A program made the position numbers and the translations under genes. Source: a virus (lineage: Duplodnaviria; Caudoviricetes). Taken from it: a stretch of DNA of 25,334 nucleotides. Location: the IMG/VR virus record IMGVR_UViG_3300042987_002695, positions 1 through 25,334 of that record. The stretch is one strand, 5' to 3'. The notes under the pieces were generated by a model. It was not told the DNA's origin, ran no database searches, and was given only the letters and a program-made list of their open reading frames with translations. Numbering within the stretch: position 1 is the stretch's first letter; each line of letters starts with the position of its first letter. Below, piece after piece: positions 17,901-22,621 of this stretch.

Positions 17901-19759
17901 TAGGTGCTGTTAGTGGTAATGCTGACACAGCAACGAGAGCAAATTATGCCGACAATGCAGGAATCGCTACCAACCTTAAAGGTGGAACTGCTTCTCAAAT
18001 TCCTTATCAGACAGCAGCAAATACAACTTCATTCATTCCTAATGGTACTATAGGTCAGTTATTGCAATCTAATGGCACTTCGGCACCTTCTTGGGTAAGT
18101 CCAGGTAGTTTAAGTGCTGATAGAGCAAATTATGCTGACAATGCTGGAATCTCTACCAACCTTAAAGGTGGTATTGCTTCCCAAATACCTTATCAAACAG
18201 CAGCAAACACTACAGCATTCATACCTAATGGTACTACAGGACAACTATTACAATCTAATGGCACCTCAGCACCTTCTTGGGTCACTCCAAGTGGATTAAG
18301 CGTTTCTAGAGCAGATTATGCTACTAGAGCAGGATTAGCAACTGATCTAGAAATTAATGGAACCAATCAACTTTTATATCAAGCATCAAATAATGATACT
18401 CAATTGCTAAGTCAAGGTTCTTCAGGACAACTACTACAGTCTAATGGTGCTTCGGCACCTTCTTGGGTAAGTCCAGGTAGTTTAACTGCCGACAAAGCAA
18501 ATTATGCCGTCAATGCTGGAATCGCTACCAACCTTAAGGGTGGTCTTGCTTCCCAAATTCCTTATCAGACAGCAGCAAATACAACTTCATTCATTCCTAA
18601 TGGTACTACAGGACAGTTGTTGCAATCCAACGGTACTTCAGCACCCTCTTGGGTAAATCCAACCAATCTAACCGTAGATAGAGCGAATTATGCCGACAAT
18701 GCTGGAATCGCTACCAACCTTAAGGGTGGTACAGCAGGTTCTATTCCTTATCAATCAAGTCCTAATGTAACTACATTTTTAGCAGATCCAAATGTTAATG
18801 GTAGAATTCTCACCTGGAACGACACAACTAATGCACCTGTTTGGTCTGATCCAACTACAATCTCTGTAGGATCTGCATCAAGTCTTAATGTAACATTTGA
18901 TAATTCTAGTAGTCCTAGATATCTAGTTTTATCTAGTACCACTAGTGGCATTACAACAGTACTAGTAGATTCTGGTATTACTTATACTCCTTCTACAGAT
19001 TTATTAACAGTAAGTAAAATAAAACCAACACAAATACAAGATAGCACCGGTGGAACTGGAACTGCAAATTATGTTTTAACTGCAAATGGTAGTGGTGGTT
19101 GGTCTTGGTCTTCTGTAACTGGTGGAGGATCTCCTGCAATTGCTGGTATTACTATCCAAGAAGAGGGTACAACTGTAGGAACTCAACTTGGAATTACAAC
19201 TGTTAATTTTATTGGTGGTTCAGTTTTAGCGACAAGTCCATTTACAGGAACTGCAAATATTACATTTTCAAATGTTCCAGCAGGAACTGTCATTTATTAT
19301 GCTGCCGCCAGTGCCCCTACTGGATATTTGGCTGCAAATGGCGCTGCAATTTCTAGAACTACTTACAGTGCTTTATTTACTGCTTTAGGAACCACATATG
19401 GTGCTGGTGATGGTAGTACAACATTTAATTTACCAGATTTAAGAAATAGATTCTCAGTTGGTTCTGGATCTTCATATGCGCTTGGAGCAACTGGTGGTAG
19501 TGCTGATGCCATTGTGGTTTCTCACACTCATGGAGTTACACCTACATCTCCAGGTGCGTATAAAGGACTTATGATTTCAAGAAATCGTGTTGCTTCATTT
19601 CCTACTAATGATGCTATTGATGGATTATCAAATGGTCCACATTTTTCAGATGCTGGAGCTTCTTCTATAGGTAGGGGGTATATTGATTATGCAGGTTCAT
19701 CAGGAACCAATGCAAACCTTCCACCATACTTAGGTCTTCTTGCCTGTATTAAATACTAA
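14909..19759 (+). CDS. Long tail fibre protein with C-terminal tail-collar domain
   Basis: 1616 aa, Gly/Thr/Ser rich, with modular repeats. Collar motif PAGTVIYYA...APTGYL.ANG..ISRTTYSALF...GT.YG.GDGSTTFNLPDLR and ending NLPPY..L..CIKY. Confidence 0.88.
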   Translation: MPKYLSGRSKLTPQSELQSDRYRYLSIENAEPNLGDPVVGPSSVVAKPVPPGQQFIVVSVEGSPSGERYWIPNQGGIIPGSISVFDEGSLVGTLSSITQLNFVGAAVSASVSIASSNLATIRVFSPGNNQEILFNTANEFSTSSKLKFDSSIGLLSAGDRINVGAGGKVITTTGIGSVGIGTTDPTQELHLQGDLRLTGTIYDYNNQPGTSTQIITKNNFGGLSWVNQNTIRAGAGGTYQNVQFHNNAGLVDGASNFVYDDVNSRVGIGSTQPKVLLDVLGISSFRGGTTIDNLNITGFTTTSTLAVSGTSTTRNLLVTGVSTIGFVTGTSAFFTGVVTASKFVGGVDVSQLYVTGVSTFLQKVNINSDLGVTGLTTTQNLQVYQSTTLNRLNVSGVSTFTSQVNVNNLNVTGVGTFDNIKLDTNTVSTNIGNLIIDSSAGTTQINDAVYVNDATESTSKDTGSIITEGGVGIEKRLNVGGQVSLATAGGITTTGGDLYVGGDLYVLDDIFYDELFARNGYFTGLTSTKDLLVTGIATIATLGVSGLTTTRNLRVIGVSTFDGLLDANAGATIDNIQIGVSGDNEIDTSTGNLIIDSFAGTTTIDDQLVVSGVSTFNANVTFGDATSDTVSFTSRVGTGITPSVTDTYDLGSSTLRWNNIYAKTFVGAVVGNADSASQVSSGTTTGTSSYFLTFVDSNNVTRSNEFLYTDAGVTYNPSTDILTPTNLRVSGISTFEGNSTFNANVTFGDATSDTVSFTSRVGTGITPSVTDTYDLGSSTLRWNNIYAKTFVGSITGNADTATKLLNARDFSINGNNNTSINAGDVTASAVSFDGTANVILRGSLKNIIGLSSGTYGNSITVPVVSVNSQGIVTSITSVGVNFSTATVANSDKVATVTRSTNATHYLTFVDSDNNPFDYESVYTDAGVTYNPSTNLLTSGNLLVSGITTFQGNVTIGDASSDKVSFAATVDSNIIPSGTTRDLGSPSNKWNNVYANNFVGAVSGNADTATRANYADNAGIATNLKGGTASQIPYQTAANTTSFIPNGTIGQLLQSNGTSAPSWVSPGSLSADRANYADNAGISTNLKGGIASQIPYQTAANTTAFIPNGTTGQLLQSNGTSAPSWVTPSGLSVSRADYATRAGLATDLEINGTNQLLYQASNNDTQLLSQGSSGQLLQSNGASAPSWVSPGSLTADKANYAVNAGIATNLKGGLASQIPYQTAANTTSFIPNGTTGQLLQSNGTSAPSWVNPTNLTVDRANYADNAGIATNLKGGTAGSIPYQSSPNVTTFLADPNVNGRILTWNDTTNAPVWSDPTTISVGSASSLNVTFDNSSSPRYLVLSSTTSGITTVLVDSGITYTPSTDLLTVSKIKPTQIQDSTGGTGTANYVLTANGSGGWSWSSVTGGGSPAIAGITIQEEGTTVGTQLGITTVNFIGGSVLATSPFTGTANITFSNVPAGTVIYYAAASAPTGYLAANGAAISRTTYSALFTALGTTYGAGDGSTTFNLPDLRNRFSVGSGSSYALGATGGSADAIVVSHTHGVTPTSPGAYKGLMISRNRVASFPTNDAIDGLSNGPHFSDAGASSIGRGYIDYAGSSGTNANLPPYLGLLACIKY
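16747..17284 (+). repeat. 163-bp direct repeat (16747-16909 and 17122-17284)
   Basis: The two copies read as identical by eye, offset 375 nt (in frame). Confidence 0.9.
17936..18760 (+). repeat. 186-bp (62-aa) tandem repeat, ~4.5 units
   Basis: Units start at 17936, 18122, 18308, 18494 and 18680 (RANYADNAGIATNLKGG..SQIPYQ...GQLLQSNG.SAPSWV). The third unit is diverged. Confidence 0.9.
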
Positions 19760-19768
19760 TAAAAAACT

Positions 19769-20191
19769 ATGAAAATATACAATTATCACCCAGATTATAA
19801 GTATTTTTATTTTGAATCTGAAGCAGATCCATCTCCACTAGAACCTGGTGTATTTCTCATTCCGGCACACGCAACCGATATTAAACCACCAACTTGCGAG
19901 TCAAATCAAATACAAATTTTTAATGGAACTTCTTGGGATATTGTTGAAGATGCAAGAGGAATTTATTATTCTATTAAAACTCTAGAAGTTATAGAGAATT
20001 TAAATCCAATAGAAAAACCAGACAATTCAACAAAAGAAGTTCCACCAGAAGTTACGGAGGGATATAAATTGACTTGGAATAATGGTTGGGTACTTGAAGA
20101 ACTTCCACCACCTGCAGTATTAAGTCCCGAAGAAAAATTGGCATTATCTGGATTAACTGTAGAAGAACTTAAAGGATTACTTGGATTGTGA
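19769..20191 (+). CDS. Tail fibre assembly chaperone (Tfa-like)
   Basis: IYNY......Y.....AD.SPLEPGVFLIPAHAT...PP......F.G..W..VED.RG..Y pattern. Directly follows the fibre gene. Confidence 0.8.
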   Translation: MKIYNYHPDYKYFYFESEADPSPLEPGVFLIPAHATDIKPPTCESNQIQIFNGTSWDIVEDARGIYYSIKTLEVIENLNPIEKPDNSTKEVPPEVTEGYKLTWNNGWVLEELPPPAVLSPEEKLALSGLTVEELKGLLGL

Positions 20192-20224
20192 CTAAATACG
20201 AAAAAAAGATGATATTATAATATC

Positions 20225-20770
20225 ATGCCTATTTACATTAGAGATTCTGGTTCTTGGAAGAATGTTAGTGGCGGTGGTGCTGCTGGTGACACATTTGAAG
20301 TTGGAACAAGGATTCTATTTATTCAAGCAAATGCACCAACAGGATGGGTCAAAGAATCTAATGTTGCATATAATAATGCAGCGTTAAGAATAGTTACTGG
20401 ATCTGGTGGTGGAGTAGTTGATGGTAGTGATTTTACTGCAGTATTTGCTTCAAGAGCAGTTCCCTTACCATATCACAATCACTCTTTTTCTGGAACAACT
20501 GGTGATGATTCACCAGATCACACTCACAATTATACTGGTGTAGAAATTACCCAGGAAACTTCTGGTGGAAGTTCAACTAGACCAAGAAGAGATGAAGCAA
20601 AAACAACCACTGGAGCAAGTAATCGTCACCAACACGGTTTTAGTGGAAGTACAAAATTGGATTCAGACCCCCCTCTTGACACCCAACCCCTGATCCCCTA
20701 TAATATGGGGATAATCAGCGGAATACTGAATGAGCACTGCACAAGAAACTGTACAGGGTATTGTAATTGA
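20225..20770 (+). CDS. Short tail-fibre/collar-like protein, probably 3'-truncated
   Basis: GTR.LF.Q..APTGW.K......ALR.V.G..GG and three HxH motifs (HNH, HTH, HQH). After ~20652 the frame runs through a promoter and into the next gene. CTAAATA at 20192-20198 upstream. Confidence 0.6.
   Translation: MPIYIRDSGSWKNVSGGGAAGDTFEVGTRILFIQANAPTGWVKESNVAYNNAALRIVTGSGGGVVDGSDFTAVFASRAVPLPYHNHSFSGTTGDDSPDHTHNYTGVEITQETSGGSSTRPRRDEAKTTTGASNRHQHGFSGSTKLDSDPPLDTQPLIPYNMGIISGILNEHCTRNCTGYCN
20676..20704 (+). promoter_or_regulatory. Sigma70-type (early) promoter
   Basis: TTGACA (20676-20681), 17 nt, TATAAT (20699-20704): perfect consensus. Confidence 0.88.
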
Positions 20771-20930
20771 TGTCTGCACTCGCACCTTCCTTCTCCTGAG
20801 TGACCAAGGAAGCGAGCGTCTGGTAGAGTGTGATACCGTTCAAGAGTTTATGAATGTTCTTGAAGTTGTGACTAAAAATCTTGACTTTGAGCAAATTGAA
20901 TACGCAGATCTTGCGGTTTATGGCGAATGA
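20730..20930 (+). CDS. Small acidic hypothetical protein (66 aa)
   Basis: ATG 25 nt downstream of a consensus promoter, with GGA upstream. Plausible protein composition. Confidence 0.75.
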   Translation: MSTAQETVQGIVIDVCTRTFLLLSDQGSERLVECDTVQEFMNVLEVVTKNLDFEQIEYADLAVYGE

Positions 20931-20938
20931 TGCTACAA

Positions 20939-20946
20939 TATAAATA
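20939..20946 (+). promoter_or_regulatory. T4-type late promoter TATAAATA
   Basis: Exact T4 late consensus 15 nt upstream of ATG 20962. Confidence 0.6.
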
Positions 20947-20961
20947 TCCTCAAAGAAAAGA

Positions 20962-21135
20962 ATGGAAATTTTCACGGTGGAAGAGTTTCAGGAAAGGTTC
21001 GATGAACTGATTGAAAGAGTAGAAGGTGGAGAGCACATAGGTATTGTGAATGAGAATGGAAAGGCAGTGGTTATGATGCCTGCCGATGATGATCTCATAC
21101 GAATACACACTGAATTAAACAACGAAGCACCTTGA
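20962..21135 (+). CDS. Phd/YefM antitoxin-like small protein (57 aa)
   Basis: Not in ORF track. MEIFTVEEFQERFDELIERVEGGEHIGIVNENGKAVVMMPADDDLIRIHTELNNEAP matches the Phd N-domain pattern (E....F.ELI.RV..GE.I.I...G..VV..P). Confidence 0.65.
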   Translation: MEIFTVEEFQERFDELIERVEGGEHIGIVNENGKAVVMMPADDDLIRIHTELNNEAP

Positions 21136-21160
21136 CAAAGAGTTCCAAATCCTCTATAAT
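21132..21160 (+). promoter_or_regulatory. Sigma70-type promoter for the tRNA cluster
   Basis: TTGACA (21132-21137), 17 nt, TATAAT (21155-21160). Confidence 0.88.
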
Positions 21161-21176
21161 TGATTTGGGTTTTTAT

Positions 21177-21248
21177 GGTTCTGTCGCCTATTGGTTAAGG
21201 CCGACACCTTATAAGTGTCTGAACGGAGTTCAATTCTCTGCAGAACCA
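21177..21248 (+). tRNA. trnI: tRNA-Ile, anticodon UAU
   Basis: Acceptor GGTTCTG/CAGAACC + A73, D-stem GCC/GGC, anticodon stem GACAC/GTGTC with loop CT-TAT-AA, T arm CGGAG-TTCAATT-CTCTG. No encoded CCA. Confidence 0.9.
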
Positions 21249-21252
21249 TCGT

Positions 21253-21326
21253 GCAGGTTTACCCATCTGGTTGAAGGGACCGATCTCATAAATCGGCAGA
21301 GGTCAGTTCAATCCTGACAACCTGCA
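21253..21326 (+). tRNA. trnM: tRNA with CAU anticodon (elongator Met most likely; Ile2 not excluded)
   Basis: Acceptor GCAGGTT/AACCTGC + A, anticodon stem CCGAT/ATCGG with loop CT-CAT-AA, T arm GTCAG-TTCAATC-CTGAC. Lacks initiator hallmarks (1:72 is paired, no GGG/CCC). Confidence 0.88.
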
Positions 21327-21329
21327 CTT

Positions 21330-21408
21330 GCCGTGGTTCAAAACTTATGATAGAATCCAGTGGGGCATCTATCAAACAGTTTTGATTTAGTCTCACAAAC
21401 ACACGGCA
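21330..21408 (+). ncRNA. Candidate structured small RNA in the tRNA cluster
   Basis: Nested stems GCCGTG/CACGGC, TCAAAACT/AGTTTTGA and TGATAGA/TCTATCA. Not a cloverleaf. Strand assumed from context. Confidence 0.5.
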
Positions 21409-21411
21409 TTC

Positions 21412-21440
21412 TTGACCACTACAACTCTTTGAGTTATAAT
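21412..21440 (+). promoter_or_regulatory. Sigma70-type promoter for tRNA-Leu
   Basis: TTGACC (21412-21417), 17 nt, TATAAT (21435-21440). Confidence 0.8.
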
Positions 21441-21464
21441 GGTCTTACAACTGAATACTTCTAT

Positions 21465-21747
21465 GGGGCGGTGGTGGAATCGGTAGACACACCAGACTTA
21501 TGAAAATTGAGCCTCATTTGGGAAACCTTATGAGTGTCCCTCCTCAAATTCGGGGAAACCTTTAAAATGGCAATCCCGAGCCAAGCATCGTAAGATGAAG
21601 GTGTAGAGACTAGACGGGGAGCACCTAAACTGAAAAGTATGGTGAAGGTATAGTCCAGACCACAAACTCTATGAGGCGGCGAAAGTCGTAGTGGTAAGAA
21701 AATCTGTTGAGCGTATGCTCGTGCGAGTTCAAGTCTCGCTCGCCCTA
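21465..21747 (+). tRNA. trnL: tRNA-Leu(UAA), intron-containing (exons 21465-21499 and 21699-21747)
   Basis: Joined exons give GGGGCGG...GGTAGAC...CAGA-CTTAAAA-TCTG, variable arm GAGC-GTAT-GCTC, T arm GCGAG-TTCAAGT-CTCGC, then TCGCCCT-A. Confidence 0.93.
21500..21698 (+). ncRNA. Group I self-splicing intron (trnL-UAA / IC3-like), 199 nt, no ORF
   Basis: Follows U34 and ends in G. P1 CUU/GAG; P AATTCGGGGAAA; Q AATCCCGAGC; R GTAGAGACTA; S AAGGTATAGTCC; P3 CTCCTC/GGGGAG; P7 GACTA/TAGTC. GAAA-capped P2, P8 and P9 stems. Confidence 0.93.
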
Positions 21748-21751
21748 CTTA

Positions 21752-21791
21752 AAATAGTAAACTTTATAAATAGTAATAGCGTTTACTATTT
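21752..21791 (+). promoter_or_regulatory. 11-bp hairpin with late promoter TATAAATA (21765-21772) in its loop, abutting the HNH start
   Basis: AAATAGTAAAC (21752-21762) / GTTTACTATTT (21781-21791). ATG at 21794. Confidence 0.75.
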
Positions 21792-21793
21792 AA

Positions 21794-22255
21794 ATGAATA
21801 GCAGATATACTTATAGCGAACAAGAACTTCGTGAAGCAGTAAAAAAATCAACTAGTATTAGGCAAGTTTTAGAAAAACTTGATATAGTTCCTGCTGGTGG
21901 GAATTACCAAACAACTAATAGAAGAATTAAAAAATTAAATATTGATATATCTCATTTTACTGGTCAAGCTTGGAACAGGGGAAAAGTTATTGGTCCAAAG
22001 AGACCTATTGAAGAATACTTGATAGAAAATTCTGTGGTTCAATCTTTTAAATTAAAAGGTCGTTTAATCGCAGAAGGTCTTAAAGAACACAAGTGTGAGT
22101 GCTGTGGCATAACTGAATGGAATGGAAAACCAGCACCGATTGAACTTGACCATATAAACGGCAACCATCACGATAATCGTTTAGAAAATCTTCGTATCTT
22201 GTGCCCCAATTGTCACGCTCAAACAGATACTTACAGGGGTAAGAATAAAAAATAA
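21794..22255 (+). CDS. Free-standing HNH endonuclease (putative homing endonuclease)
   Basis: CECCG...LDHINGNHHDNRLENLRILCPNCH zinc-binding HNH motif with a helical N-terminal domain. Confidence 0.92.
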   Translation: MNSRYTYSEQELREAVKKSTSIRQVLEKLDIVPAGGNYQTTNRRIKKLNIDISHFTGQAWNRGKVIGPKRPIEEYLIENSVVQSFKLKGRLIAEGLKEHKCECCGITEWNGKPAPIELDHINGNHHDNRLENLRILCPNCHAQTDTYRGKNKK

Positions 22256-22264
22256 ATATAAGAT

Positions 22265-22585
22265 ATGGGAAAACCCCCTATGTCTTATCGTATCGATCAC
22301 GCATATTGTTGGTATAATGACGGCACTATGATCGTAAAAATGTACTTCATCAATCACATTCCCTTTACATTTGACGAAATGCCTGAAGGTCACTTATACG
22401 ATCAAGACTTGTGTAGGGAAGCAGATAAAAATCGCACATATGATCCAGAAGACTTGTATAGATCTTCATTCTACCTTATAGATGAAGAAGCACATCCATT
22501 TCTATTTCCAGTAGAATTAGAAAATCCAGAAGACCTTCCAGAAGACGACGAAATTGATTTTGACGGTGGTGATTTGACTTCATAA
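22265..22585 (+). CDS. Acidic hypothetical protein
   Basis: Intact ORF filling the gap, with ATAAATA at 22252-22258 upstream. Start could be the second Met (MSYRID). Confidence 0.7.
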   Translation: MGKPPMSYRIDHAYCWYNDGTMIVKMYFINHIPFTFDEMPEGHLYDQDLCREADKNRTYDPEDLYRSSFYLIDEEAHPFLFPVELENPEDLPEDDEIDFDGGDLTS

Positions 22586-22588
22586 ATA
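22582..22588 (+). promoter_or_regulatory. T4-type late promoter (ATAAATA)
   Basis: ATAAATA about 33 nt upstream of ATG 22622. Confidence 0.55.
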
Positions 22589-22621
22589 AAAGATAGCAAT
22601 ATCTTAAGAAGTCATAATCCG

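Noticed and set aside
14909-20770. Diversity-generating retroelement or invertible fibre cassette
   Set aside because: No reverse transcriptase or invertase in the window. The repeats are in-frame, direct, and show no adenine-specific mismatch pattern.
21132-21317. 61-aa ORF from the track
   Set aside because: Its TTG start is the -35 box and it overlaps two well-formed tRNAs.
21253-21326. Initiator tRNA-fMet
   Set aside because: G1-C72 is paired and the anticodon stem lacks three consecutive G-C pairs next to the loop.
21500-21698. Intron-encoded endonuclease
   Set aside because: The intron is only 199 nt and the ATG at 21500 is closed by TGA after three codons. The HNH lies outside the tRNA.
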